From the NCBI GenBank assembly GCA_963713975.1, contig OY970218.1, positions 384,001-448,000 on the forward strand: a DNA stretch of 64,000 nt, written 5' to 3'. Below are positions 1 to 9,467 of the stretch, in pieces (positions within the stretch are counted from its first letter, which is position 1; each line of letters starts with the position of its first letter). A program made the position numbers and the translations under genes. The notes beneath the pieces were generated by a model. It ran no database searches, had not been told where the DNA came from, and was given only the letters and a program-made list of their open reading frames with translations. The stretch comes from an uncultured Chloroflexia bacterium. Its GTDB lineage: Bacteria > Chloroflexota > Limnocylindria > Limnocylindrales > CSP1-4.

Positions 1-1217
1 ACCAGGTCGGCTGAGGCGTACAGGTGATCCCAGTCCACCTTCCGGTGGCCCGTGACCACGACGAAGACGTCGGCCCAGTGGATGAGCGCGTCCAGACCGA
101 CGCCCTGATGCTCACGTCCGGACTCGTCCGAGAAGCGCTGGATGTACGGGTCGTGGTAGCGGACCTCTGCACCGCGCTCCACCAGACCCGCGAGGACGGC
201 AGCAGCCGGTGAGTTTCGACCGTCCTGGACGTCCGGCTTGAACGCGACGCCGATGACGCCGACGCGCGAGCCGTTGAGCGCCTTGGAGCGTGCGTTGAGC
301 GCCTCTGCGGTCAGCTCCACGACATGGCGCGGCATCCCGAAGTTGATGTCGCCGGCTGCCTCGATGAACCGGTCGGTGACATCGAACGCCCGGGCACGCC
401 AGGACAGGTAGTAGGGATCCACCGGGATGCAGTGGCCGCCGACCCCGGGTCCCGGCGTGAAGCGCATGAAGCCAAACGGCTTGGTGGCTGCGGCGTCGAT
501 GACCTCCCAGACGTCGAGGCCCATCCGCTCGCACAGCAGCGCAAGCTGGTTCACAAAGGCGATGTTGACGTTGCGGAACGTGTTCTCGAGCAGCTTCGCC
601 ATCTCGGCGGCATCGGGCGACGACAGCTCCACCACCCGGTCGTTGACACGTGCCAGCAGCGCCGCGGCCCGGGCCGTCGCGGCCGGCGTGATCCCGCCCA
701 CCAGACGGGGCACGTCCCGGGCGGCGCTGGCAGGATCGCCTGGGTTGATGCGTTCCGGGGCGAACGCGAGGTCGAAGTCCGTTCCGGCACGAAGGCCCGA
801 GCGCTCCAGCACCTCGCGGAACGGACCGGTTGTCGTACCCGGGAACGTGGTGCTCTGGAGGACGATGAGCTGGCCGGCATGGAGGTCCGCGGTGACACGC
901 TCTGCCGCGGCCAGGACGGGCCCGAGATCGGGATCCTTGGTCGAGGTGATGGGCGTGGGCACGCAGACGAAGACGGCATCGGACGCGGCGAGATCCGCCT
1001 CGCCCGTGTGCGCGACGCTGAACCCGCCGCCCAGGGCGGCCGCCAGCCGTGCGTCAGAGATGTCGTCGATCGGTGAGCGGCCGGCGGCGAGCTCGGCCAC
1101 CCGGGACGACGAGGCATCGACGCCCTGGACCTGGAGACCCGCCTCGACGAATGCAATCGCGAGGGGAAGGCCCACGTACCCGAGACCGATGACGGACAGG
1201 CGGTGATCTTGCGTCAT
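1..1217 (-). CDS. Nucleotide-sugar dehydrogenase (UDP-GlcNAc/ManNAc 6-dehydrogenase, WecC/TviB family); 3' end runs off the window
   Basis: Manual translation from ATG 1217: MTQDHRLSVIGLGYVGLPLA (Rossmann), VCVPTP, QSTTFPGTT, PERINPG, KLLENTFRNVNIA, GPGVGGHCIPVDP, GVAFKPDVQD. Confidence 0.9.
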   Translation of the reverse strand, partial: MTQDHRLSVIGLGYVGLPLAIAFVEAGLQVQGVDASSSRVAELAAGRSPIDDISDARLAAALGGGFSVAHTGEADLAASDAVFVCVPTPITSTKDPDLGPVLAAAERVTADLHAGQLIVLQSTTFPGTTTGPFREVLERSGLRAGTDFDLAFAPERINPGDPASAARDVPRLVGGITPAATARAAALLARVNDRVVELSSPDAAEMAKLLENTFRNVNIAFVNQLALLCERMGLDVWEVIDAAATKPFGFMRFTPGPGVGGHCIPVDPYYLSWRARAFDVTDRFIEAAGDINFGMPRHVVELTAEALNARSKALNGSRVGVIGVAFKPDVQDGRNSPAAAVLAGLVERGAEVRYHDPYIQRFSDESGREHQGVGLDALIHWADVFVVVTGHRKVDWDHLYASADL

Positions 1218-1391
1218 GCACAGAGAATACGGAACTCGCCGCGGTTGCGTGTCCATCCGTCCGGATGCTGCCGGCGCCCGGTGCGCGCACCTGGGCATTC
1301 CTCGCGGCCCGGTACGCCGTCGCCGGCCGAGGCGGCGGGGCGCCGCGTCAACTATCCTCAGGTCATCCCACCCGCTGAGCCCAGCAACCTC

Positions 1392-2489
1392 ATGCCCCAG
1401 TCACCCAGGCCGGTCGTCCATATCGTTGGCGCCCGTCCCAACTTCATGAAGGCCGCACCGGTGGTCTCCGCGCTCCGGCGCGCGGGAGTGTCGCAGGCCG
1501 TCGTCCACACCGGCCAGCACTACGATCCGCTCCTGTCCGACGTGTTCTTCGCCGACCTCGGGCTGCCGGAGCCGGCCATCAACCTCGGGGTCGGCTCGGG
1601 CAGTCACGCGGAGCAGACCGCCGCGCTCATGGTGGGCCTCGAGCGCGCTCTCATCGACCTCGATCCCCGGCTGGTCATCGTCTACGGCGATGTCAATTCC
1701 ACGGTCGCGGCCGCGCTCGTCGCGGCCAAGCTGCTGATTCCGGTCGCGCATGTCGAGGCCGGCCTACGAAGCTTCGACAACACCATGCCCGAGGAGATCA
1801 ATCGCCGGGTCACGGACCTGCTGTCGGACCTCCTGTTCGTCACCAGCCCCGAGGCCGTCGACAACCTGGTGGCGATGGGCGTGCCCGGGCCAGCGATCCA
1901 CTTCGTCGGCAATCCGATGATCGACACCCTGCTCGCCAACCTGGGCCGGCTGGATCCAGTGCCGGTGCTTGCGAAGCTGGGGCTCGCTGCTCCCTATGGG
2001 GTGGCCACCATCCACCGGCCGGGCAACGTTGACGACCCCACGCAGGCGCGACGGATGGTGGACATGCTGCGCCACGTCGCGGAGCACGTGCCGCTCGTCA
2101 TCCCGCTCCATCCCCGCGGCAGACCACTGCTCGAGGCGGCCGGCCTCCACTCCGATGATCGGCTTCGGATCATCGAGCCCATGGGCTACGTGGAGTTCCT
2201 CTCGCTGGTCCGCGGGGCAGCATTCGTCGTGACCGATTCGGGTGGCATCCAGGAAGAGACGACCGTGCTCGGCGTCCCCTGTCTCACGGTCCGCCCGAAC
2301 ACGGAGCGTCCCGTCACCCTCACCCTCGGCACCAACCGGCTCGTGGAACCGGAGGAGGTGGGGCCCGCCGTGGTCGAGATGCTGATTGCCGGACCGGACT
2401 CCGAGCCACGGTCCATCCCGCGGCTGTGGGACGGCCATTCGGGCGATCGCATTGCAGGCATCGTCGTGGCGTGGCTGGAAAACCCGTAA
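1392..2489 (+). CDS. wecB: UDP-N-acetylglucosamine 2-epimerase (non-hydrolysing)
   Basis: VGARPNFMK, HTGQHYD, GDVNST, HVEAGLRS, PEEINR, TDSGGIQEE, TERP, WDG motifs. Confidence 0.95.
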   Translation: MPQSPRPVVHIVGARPNFMKAAPVVSALRRAGVSQAVVHTGQHYDPLLSDVFFADLGLPEPAINLGVGSGSHAEQTAALMVGLERALIDLDPRLVIVYGDVNSTVAAALVAAKLLIPVAHVEAGLRSFDNTMPEEINRRVTDLLSDLLFVTSPEAVDNLVAMGVPGPAIHFVGNPMIDTLLANLGRLDPVPVLAKLGLAAPYGVATIHRPGNVDDPTQARRMVDMLRHVAEHVPLVIPLHPRGRPLLEAAGLHSDDRLRIIEPMGYVEFLSLVRGAAFVVTDSGGIQEETTVLGVPCLTVRPNTERPVTLTLGTNRLVEPEEVGPAVVEMLIAGPDSEPRSIPRLWDGHSGDRIAGIVVAWLENP

Positions 2490-2614
2490 CCGCGCGGACC
2501 GCGTAACCGAAGGCGCGATCCGCGCCCAGCGCGGGGTTGCACTGATCTGCCGGGGGGCGATCGAACGGGCGGGCGGCGTCCCGGATCCCGGTCAGGGTCG
2601 CGGGGGGTCGCCGA

Positions 2615-4366
2615 TCACCAGCGTGCGCCGATCGGTGTCCGGTGCGGACCAGCCGTGTACTCGCGCGATGCGCGCGAGATCCGCAGGAACCCGGCGTCGC
2701 CCGCCGTCCGGGACAGGTACTTCGGCGCCCACTTGTTGAGGGCCGCGGTCCCGACATGGCCGCGGATCGCTCCCGCCTTGTTGCCGGCGATCCCGACATG
2801 GGAGAGGACGCCACGGCTCGCGCCTCGTGCGTCGATCCCGTAGCCGGCATTGTGGGTGATGAGACTGCGCTGGATCAGCACCTTGGCGGTCGTGCCGCCC
2901 GAGAGGCCGACTCGCACCCCGTCACCGTTGTTGTGGTAGACGGTGTCGAATCGCAGCACCTTGTTCGTTGAGCCCCGGTCGACCCGAACGCCGATGCCGT
3001 TGCCCCAGATCAGGTCGTGGATCGACTTCACCTCGCCGTTCCCGTTGCCATACATCCCGTCATAGAAGTAGATCCCATAGCGGCTGTTTGCCGAGATCGC
3101 GTTCCACTTCAGGACATTGCCCTGGAGCGACAGCCTGCCCTTGCCCTCCTGGGTGACATGGATCCCCACCAGGTTGCGGTAGATCCGGTTGCCCGAGATC
3201 GTGTTCGACCGCGCCCCGTTGGCGATCGTCATCCCGGACGTGTTCGCGTACGGACTGCCCGTCGGGTTCGAGGTGTTGTCGTGGAGGTTGTTGCGGCAGA
3301 CGGTGTTGTTGCGCGTCACCAGGAGGTTGGCCATCCCCGATGGGGCGCCCTGGAGCTTGATCCCGGCGAGCCCGCTCCCGCTGATGTCGTTGTCGCAGAA
3401 GGTCGAGGACTGGGTGCCCCGGTCGATCTTGATGCCCTGCAGCGTGTTGGCGACGAAGACATTGCGGCTCACGGTGTTCCCGGTGGCGGGGTCCCGCGCG
3501 CTGCCGGAGTCGTTGCCCGAGACCTGGATGCCCATGTACAGGTTCCCGACCAGGAGGTTGTCTGCGGCGACCGCGGCATCGACGCCCGCCTTGAAGGCAA
3601 TCCCGTTGGCCGCATGACGAACCTCGAAGCCACGGACCTCGACGCGCGACGTGCCCTGGTCTCCCTTGAAGTAGAACGCGTTCCTGGTGACGACATCGAA
3701 GGCGTGCCCGTGCGGCTCCGTCGCTGCTGTGCCCAAGGGCGCGGCATACAGCCATCCCGAGCTGTAGAAGTACCCGCCCGTCCCGTCCTGCGCCGCGGAA
3801 GCGAGCTCGGCGAGGCTGTCCCGCTCCCAGAGCCACCTTGTCTCATCCTGGAAGACCACGGTGTCGAGGCCGCGGCCGAAGTCGAACGGCGCCGTCACCC
3901 ACTCGGTGCGCCAGACGCCGCTCGTGCCGGCCGGCTCCCACTCGAAGCCCGCCGCGGGCGCCGGATCCGCGCCGGACACGATCGGCTTCACGTAGCCGGT
4001 ACCCCCGGCAACATAGCCGGCCGCTGCGAACACGATCGGCGACCCGACCGCACCGGCCCGGTTCCAGCCCGGACTGATCGGCCGTTCCCGGTACACGTAG
4101 TCGGAGTAGCCGTGCACGATCACGCGGCTGCCTGCCGCAGCGCTCCCGAGCGGGATCGCATCCGCGGCGCGGTGGATCGTACGGAAGGCGTTCGAGGGCG
4201 TTCGCCCGTCGTTCGCATCGCTGCCGGCCTTGCCGTCGACGTACCACGTTGAACCAGCCGCGGCCACCGGCGTCGGAATCGCCAGGAAGGCGAGCATCGC
4301 GACGGACGCCAGCAGGCGACGGACGTTGGACCGGGGCTGGAGCCCGGGCAGGTGCAGACAGGCCAT
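2615..4366 (-). CDS. Secreted right-handed parallel beta-helix protein (pectin lyase-like)
   Basis: Signal peptide (RRLLASVAMLAFLAIPTPVAAA), then TWYVDG..GSDANDG..AFRTIHRA; Asn/Gly-rich PbH1-like repeats; start approximate. Confidence 0.75.
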   Translation of the reverse strand: MACLHLPGLQPRSNVRRLLASVAMLAFLAIPTPVAAAGSTWYVDGKAGSDANDGRTPSNAFRTIHRAADAIPLGSAAAGSRVIVHGYSDYVYRERPISPGWNRAGAVGSPIVFAAAGYVAGGTGYVKPIVSGADPAPAAGFEWEPAGTSGVWRTEWVTAPFDFGRGLDTVVFQDETRWLWERDSLAELASAAQDGTGGYFYSSGWLYAAPLGTAATEPHGHAFDVVTRNAFYFKGDQGTSRVEVRGFEVRHAANGIAFKAGVDAAVAADNLLVGNLYMGIQVSGNDSGSARDPATGNTVSRNVFVANTLQGIKIDRGTQSSTFCDNDISGSGLAGIKLQGAPSGMANLLVTRNNTVCRNNLHDNTSNPTGSPYANTSGMTIANGARSNTISGNRIYRNLVGIHVTQEGKGRLSLQGNVLKWNAISANSRYGIYFYDGMYGNGNGEVKSIHDLIWGNGIGVRVDRGSTNKVLRFDTVYHNNGDGVRVGLSGGTTAKVLIQRSLITHNAGYGIDARGASRGVLSHVGIAGNKAGAIRGHVGTAALNKWAPKYLSRTAGDAGFLRISRASREYTAGPHRTPIGARW

Positions 4367-4511
4367 CAGGCGCCATGGTCCGTGCTGCCGGCCCGGCGCG
4401 CAACAGCACGATAGTCCCGTGCGCCCGTGGGTTTGGCGCCCAGTGACGGCGCCGTTCGAGCTCATGGCAGAGTTAGCGGGGGTCCGCCCCACCGCAGGTA
4501 GACTGGAACTC

Positions 4512-5285
4512 ATGACGGACGTCGTGCCTGCGTGGAGCCTCGTCGAGGCACGCCGCATCCGACTGCTCGGCATGCCGATCGATGATCTAACGATGGACGA
4601 GACGCTGGGTGTCATCGACCAGTTCATCGCCACCCGCCGAGTCCACCAGCATGTCGTCGTCAACGTGGCGAAGGTCGTGCAGGCCGATAGGGATCCGGGA
4701 CTTCGGGCGATCATCGAGGCGTGTGACCTCGTGAACGTGGACGGACAGCCGATCATCTGGGCAGCGCGCTGGCTCGGCAGCCCACTGCGGGACCGGGTGG
4801 CAGGCATCGACCTCATGTTCCGCCTCATCGAGCGCGCCGCCGACCGCGGCCATCGGATCTACCTTCTCGGGGCGCGTGACCGTGTGGTGCGCGGCGTCGT
4901 CGCGCGCATCGACCTCGAGTACCCGGAGGCTCTCGTCGCAGGCTGGCACGACGGGTACTGGTCGCCGGAGGATGAGCCCGAGCTGGTGCGTCGGATTGCA
5001 GAGACGCGCCCTGACATCCTGTTCGTGGCCCTGCCGTCACCGCGGAAGGAGCAGTTCCTGGCCCGCTGGAAGGACCTCATCGGGGCGCCATTCGTGATGG
5101 GCGTCGGTGGGTCTTTCGACGTGTATGCGGGAGTCACCCGGCGCGCTCCACGCTGGATGCAGCGAGCCGGATTGGAGTGGTTCTTCCGGGTCGCGCAGGA
5201 ACCGCGCAGGATGTGGCGCCGCTACGCCGGCGATGCCCCACGATTTGCCCGACTCGTCATCCGCGCGAAGCTCGGACGGCGATGA
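4512..5285 (+). CDS. WecG/TagA/CpsF family glycosyltransferase
   Basis: VNVAK, DGQPIIWA, RVAGIDL, HDGY, LPSPRKEQF, GVGGSFDV, RAPRWMQRAGLEWFFR..QEPRRMWRRY. Confidence 0.93.
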   Translation: MTDVVPAWSLVEARRIRLLGMPIDDLTMDETLGVIDQFIATRRVHQHVVVNVAKVVQADRDPGLRAIIEACDLVNVDGQPIIWAARWLGSPLRDRVAGIDLMFRLIERAADRGHRIYLLGARDRVVRGVVARIDLEYPEALVAGWHDGYWSPEDEPELVRRIAETRPDILFVALPSPRKEQFLARWKDLIGAPFVMGVGGSFDVYAGVTRRAPRWMQRAGLEWFFRVAQEPRRMWRRYAGDAPRFARLVIRAKLGRR

Positions 5286-5372
5286 CCTCCCTCGCTACCC
5301 GCCGCGAGCGCGACCACGGGCAGGCCGCTGATCGGCTTGGGACGGACGGCGGGGATCCAGGCTCACCCGACG

Positions 5373-6701
5373 TTGGCTGAGGCGCCTGCGGGGCCGAACT
5401 CGCTCGGCCGTGACATCGGCCTGCTGGCCGGTGTGCGCCTTGCATCCGTTGGTGCGGGGTTCCTCACCAGCGTGCTCGTGGCAAGGACGCTTGGCCCGCC
5501 GGCACTCGGCGCGGCAGCCGTCGGCCTGACCATCGGGACGATCGCGGCGCTGCTCGCGAACGGCGGTCTCAACATCTCGAGCATCTACTACCTCGGCCGC
5601 CGCCCGGCCGAGCGTGGCCCCATCACCAACCGCTCCTTCAGCCTCGGCCTGGTTGCCACGGCACTGGCGGCTCTCATCGTCGTCATCGCGGGACGGGTGC
5701 TGTCCCCCGCGACCTTCGACGGCGGGGCCGCGGATCTCGCGATCGCGGCAGCCTTCCTGGCGGCCAGCATCGTGGCGTTCGAGCTTGCGGGCTCCCTGTT
5801 GCTGGGCCACGACCGCCGGACGGCGTATCTCGCGACGCAGGCGATCGAGGGGATGGGCTCGCTGTTCCTGATCGGGCTCCTGTTCGCCCTCGGAGCCACG
5901 ACGTCCGCGGGATACGTTGCGGGCGCCGCGCTCGCAGCCATGATTGCCGCGGTCTTCGCGACCGGCGTCGTCGCACGAGCGATCGGAGGCCTCAGGCTCT
6001 CGTTCGACGCGGGCTTCACCCGCGAAGCGCTCTCGCTGGGGCTGCGCGGGCAGGTCGGGAACATCCTGCAGATGTTGAACCTTCGCCTGGACCTGCTCCT
6101 GGTGCCCCTCTTCGTTGACCTGAGGGCGGCGGGCATTTACCTGATCGCCGTCCGGATGTCGGAGGTCATCGCCCAGATCGCAAGCTCCGGGGCTGCCTAC
6201 CTGTTTCCCGCGGTCTCGAGACTCGACCTCAAGCAGACCGACCTGACCGAGCGCACCGTGCGGCTCACGCTCATCGTGGTCGTCGGCATCGGACTGGTGA
6301 TCGGAGTGTTCGCACCGCTCCTCCTGGGGGTCTTCTTTGGCCCCGCCTACATCGAGGGCACGGGTGCCCTTCGGATCACCATCATCGCCATGGTCCCGCT
6401 CTCCCTCCAGCGCCTGATGGGCAGCGACATGAAGGGTCGCGGGCACGCTGGCCTCGTCTCCATCTCGGCCGGCGCCGCCTTGATCGCCACGGTCGCCCTC
6501 GACGTGCTGCTGATCCCCGCGCTCGGCATCGAGGGGGCCTCGCTCGCCTCGTTGATCGCGTATTCCACCGGCGCGGCGGTGCTGCTGATCGCGTACCGTC
6601 GGGTCACCGGGTCATCACTGCTTGCGCTCGTACCGCGCGTGGAAGATGCGAGACAGCTCGCGGCGGCCTCGCTCCAGCTGCTCCGTGGGCAGGCCCGCTG
6701 A
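5373..6701 (+). CDS. Polysaccharide flippase (Wzx/MOP family); start uncertain
   Basis: About 12 hydrophobic segments; ARTLGP, NLRLDLLL..AAGIYLIA, LIPALGIEGASLAS typical of Wzx; TTG at 5373 or 5337. Confidence 0.8.
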   Translation: MAEAPAGPNSLGRDIGLLAGVRLASVGAGFLTSVLVARTLGPPALGAAAVGLTIGTIAALLANGGLNISSIYYLGRRPAERGPITNRSFSLGLVATALAALIVVIAGRVLSPATFDGGAADLAIAAAFLAASIVAFELAGSLLLGHDRRTAYLATQAIEGMGSLFLIGLLFALGATTSAGYVAGAALAAMIAAVFATGVVARAIGGLRLSFDAGFTREALSLGLRGQVGNILQMLNLRLDLLLVPLFVDLRAAGIYLIAVRMSEVIAQIASSGAAYLFPAVSRLDLKQTDLTERTVRLTLIVVVGIGLVIGVFAPLLLGVFFGPAYIEGTGALRITIIAMVPLSLQRLMGSDMKGRGHAGLVSISAGAALIATVALDVLLIPALGIEGASLASLIAYSTGAAVLLIAYRRVTGSSLLALVPRVEDARQLAAASLQLLRGQAR

Positions 6702-6726
6702 TCCCGGGGCGGGAGGCCCCGCCATC

Positions 6727-7962
6727 TCAGTGCGCGGCCGCTCCGCTGAGCTCGCGATGTGCGTCGAAGTACGGACGCAGCGTCTCGCGGGGCGTGAACG
6801 GTGCGACGGCGACGCGTGCGGCAGCGGCCAGTCGCTCCCTCGGAGCCTCGAGGACCCAGACGGCGGCCGCCGCGACCGCTCCAGGCGAATGGTCCCGGAC
6901 GAGGCGGCCGTTCACCATGTCCTTGACCACGAGGGGCACTTCGCCGACCGCCGTTGCGACGACTGGAAGCCCGCAGGCGAGCGCCTCGAGCACCGAGATC
7001 GGCATACCCTCGAACCTCGAAGGGAGCATGAGAGCGTCAGCGCCGTTCATGAGGCGTGGCATCTCGGCCCGGCTCCGATACCCGGACCAGAGGATGGCGT
7101 CACCGACACCGAGCTCCCGCGCGAGATCCTGCGCCGCGGGCCGCAGGCCCCCCTCCCCGACGATCACGAGGCGGGCGTCCGCGACCTTCCGGCGGATTGC
7201 GGCGAATGCTTCGATCAGCAGCAACGGGTTCTTCTGTTCCTCGATTCTGCCGACGAACAGCAGGACCGCACCGGGCGCGCCGGGGTCCCCACCAGCCTGG
7301 CCGACGAGCTCCGCTCGAGCGGCGCTGCGCTCCTCCGCCGGAAGCGGCCGGAAGTGCTCCTGATCGACCGACGTGGGAAGGAATGCGCAACGATCCGCCA
7401 CGTGCGGGTGCCGGCTGCGGTAGAAGTCCAGGCCCGCGCGATTGACGACGAAGATCCGGTTCATCCTGGGCAGCGTCACGTCCTCGAGCCGGTGCAGGGC
7501 TCCCGGGAGTCGCCGCCACCGGCTCTCGCCAGCGTCGCCGTCGATGTCGGCGACGTTGAGATGGACCGTCAGGATCTTCGGAGCATCGATCGCGAGGAAG
7601 GCGATCGGGGGGCCCGGGTGGTGGAACTGGAGCACCCGCCCACGGAAGCGGTGCGCCTGGCGCCTCGCCATCGCCGCGACCGTGAACTGGAACGAGAGGG
7701 GGACCAGCGGGCGGCGATGGACATCGGGCGTGGCCAGCACGGGGAGGAAACCCAGCGGGCGTCCGTCCAGGTGGTGCTGCTGCCACCGCCCCACCGGGCG
7801 TCCGATCGGGTCTGCCGTGCACCCGATGACCTGGGGCTCGAAGTCGTCGGGAGCGAACCGCACGAAATCCGCGATGAACGTCTTGATCCCGCCGATCTTG
7901 TCGCCGAAGGGATCGATCGGCACGATGATCAGCGGACGCACGGGCTGACGGGCGCGACTCAT
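6727..7962 (-). CDS. Glycosyltransferase family 4 (GT-B)
   Basis: LFVGRIEEQKN, PSRFEGMPISVLEALACGLPVVATAVG; ATG overlaps upstream stop (ATGA). Confidence 0.9.
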   Translation of the reverse strand: MSRARQPVRPLIIVPIDPFGDKIGGIKTFIADFVRFAPDDFEPQVIGCTADPIGRPVGRWQQHHLDGRPLGFLPVLATPDVHRRPLVPLSFQFTVAAMARRQAHRFRGRVLQFHHPGPPIAFLAIDAPKILTVHLNVADIDGDAGESRWRRLPGALHRLEDVTLPRMNRIFVVNRAGLDFYRSRHPHVADRCAFLPTSVDQEHFRPLPAEERSAARAELVGQAGGDPGAPGAVLLFVGRIEEQKNPLLLIEAFAAIRRKVADARLVIVGEGGLRPAAQDLARELGVGDAILWSGYRSRAEMPRLMNGADALMLPSRFEGMPISVLEALACGLPVVATAVGEVPLVVKDMVNGRLVRDHSPGAVAAAAVWVLEAPRERLAAAARVAVAPFTPRETLRPYFDAHRELSGAAAH

Positions 7963-9467
7963 TGGCCACCACGTTGGCTGGGCTCCCGGTCCCGGGCACC
8001 CACCCAGCTGAGGGTACCGGCGATCGCCAGCATCACCAGATACGCCTGGGACGGCGAGCCAAGGATCGCACTTGCCACCGACTCCACGAGCGTCTGGGCG
8101 AACAGCATGAGGGTCCCGAGCACGACGGCGGTCATGGCCGGCGGCAGGTCCCGAACCCGACGCAACCGAAGCAGCTCCACCCCCATCCATCCGATGACGA
8201 CCGCGTAGGCAAAGAACCCGATCACGCCCGTCTCGCCCAGGATCTGTGGCCAGAACGTGTCGTTGATGAACTGCGGGCTCTCCGGGCTCAGGCCGAAGAT
8301 CCGGTCCATCCCGTACTCGCGGTACACGTCGCTGTACTCCACGCGGCTCATCCAGCTGCCATACCTGCCAAGGCCGGCGCCGAGAGGGAAGTTGTCGATC
8401 GCGATCATCACCGAGCCCTCATAGAGGGCGATGCGAGCCGGAGTGTCCGCGTGGATCTCCCCCTGCGGAGCGCCGTTGCCGCTGCTGCCGCCCTGGATGA
8501 CCGGATCCGCGTACCCCTGGATCGTCATGGCGTAGAGGCCGCTGAAGACCGGCATGAACGCGACGGCGATGAGCGCAACGCCCACCCCTGTCGGCAACCA
8601 CCCGAGCAGGCGCATTGCCCGCCCGCGGCCACGCACCACCTCCGTGGCGGCACCTGTCGCCAGGCCACCGACCAGCGCCAGCATCGAGCGTCGACGTCCC
8701 GACAGGATGGTCCCGAGGGAGAACAGCATGGCGAGGGCGAGCATCCAGCGACGACGCATCACGACGTGGTGCGCCACCAGGTAGATCGCAGCGGTCGCGC
8801 ACAGCCAGCCAAACAACTGTGGGTGATAGAAGACCGAGGCGATCACCGGGACCCCGGCCCGTTCCCCATCGGCGCCGAGGCCGACCACCATCGCGCCGGC
8901 GAGCTGGAGTGCGCCGACAGCGAGGATCCCGCTCGCGAGCACCAGCCAGGACGTGAGCAGCCAGCGAACGTCCGCGTCGGTGACCTCGTGCAGGAGGACC
9001 ACGTAGAACACGGCCAGCGCCTTGAGCAGCAGCGACATGCCGGGCACCCATACCTCCGGGCGCACGCCGCTGATCATGGACGATGCCAGGGCGGCGCCGA
9101 TGAGCACGAGCAGCGCGACATCCCGAACGGGCCGGACCTGGCTGCGCAGTCGATGGCGACAGGTGAAGACCGTGATCAGGACCATGGCGGGGATGAACAG
9201 CTCGTCGAGAAGCTTGATCCGGCCCCCGGCCACCGGCACCAGGGAGTCGATCACGAGCATGTACGCTGCGAACATGCCGATCGCCCGGACCGGGGTGAGG
9301 AGGAAGGCGACCACCAGGACGAGCAGGGCAATCGCAACGGCCGCCCACTCGCCGCCGGCAGGGGCCAGCCTCGCCGCAAACACCGGCAGGATCAGCAGCA
9401 GCGCGCCGAGGATTCCGAGCGTCCACCGGTTCCGGGCCATCTCTGCCACCGAGCCGGCGAGGCGCAT
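7959..9467 (-). CDS. Wzy/O-antigen ligase-like polytopic membrane protein
   Basis: About 12 TM segments; LSGRRRS, ARIALY..NFPLGAGLGRYG, DTFWPQILGETGVIG resemble Wzy_C; lies in polysaccharide operon. Confidence 0.7.
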   Translation of the reverse strand: MRLAGSVAEMARNRWTLGILGALLLILPVFAARLAPAGGEWAAVAIALLVLVVAFLLTPVRAIGMFAAYMLVIDSLVPVAGGRIKLLDELFIPAMVLITVFTCRHRLRSQVRPVRDVALLVLIGAALASSMISGVRPEVWVPGMSLLLKALAVFYVVLLHEVTDADVRWLLTSWLVLASGILAVGALQLAGAMVVGLGADGERAGVPVIASVFYHPQLFGWLCATAAIYLVAHHVVMRRRWMLALAMLFSLGTILSGRRRSMLALVGGLATGAATEVVRGRGRAMRLLGWLPTGVGVALIAVAFMPVFSGLYAMTIQGYADPVIQGGSSGNGAPQGEIHADTPARIALYEGSVMIAIDNFPLGAGLGRYGSWMSRVEYSDVYREYGMDRIFGLSPESPQFINDTFWPQILGETGVIGFFAYAVVIGWMGVELLRLRRVRDLPPAMTAVVLGTLMLFAQTLVESVASAILGSPSQAYLVMLAIAGTLSWVGARDREPSQRGGQ

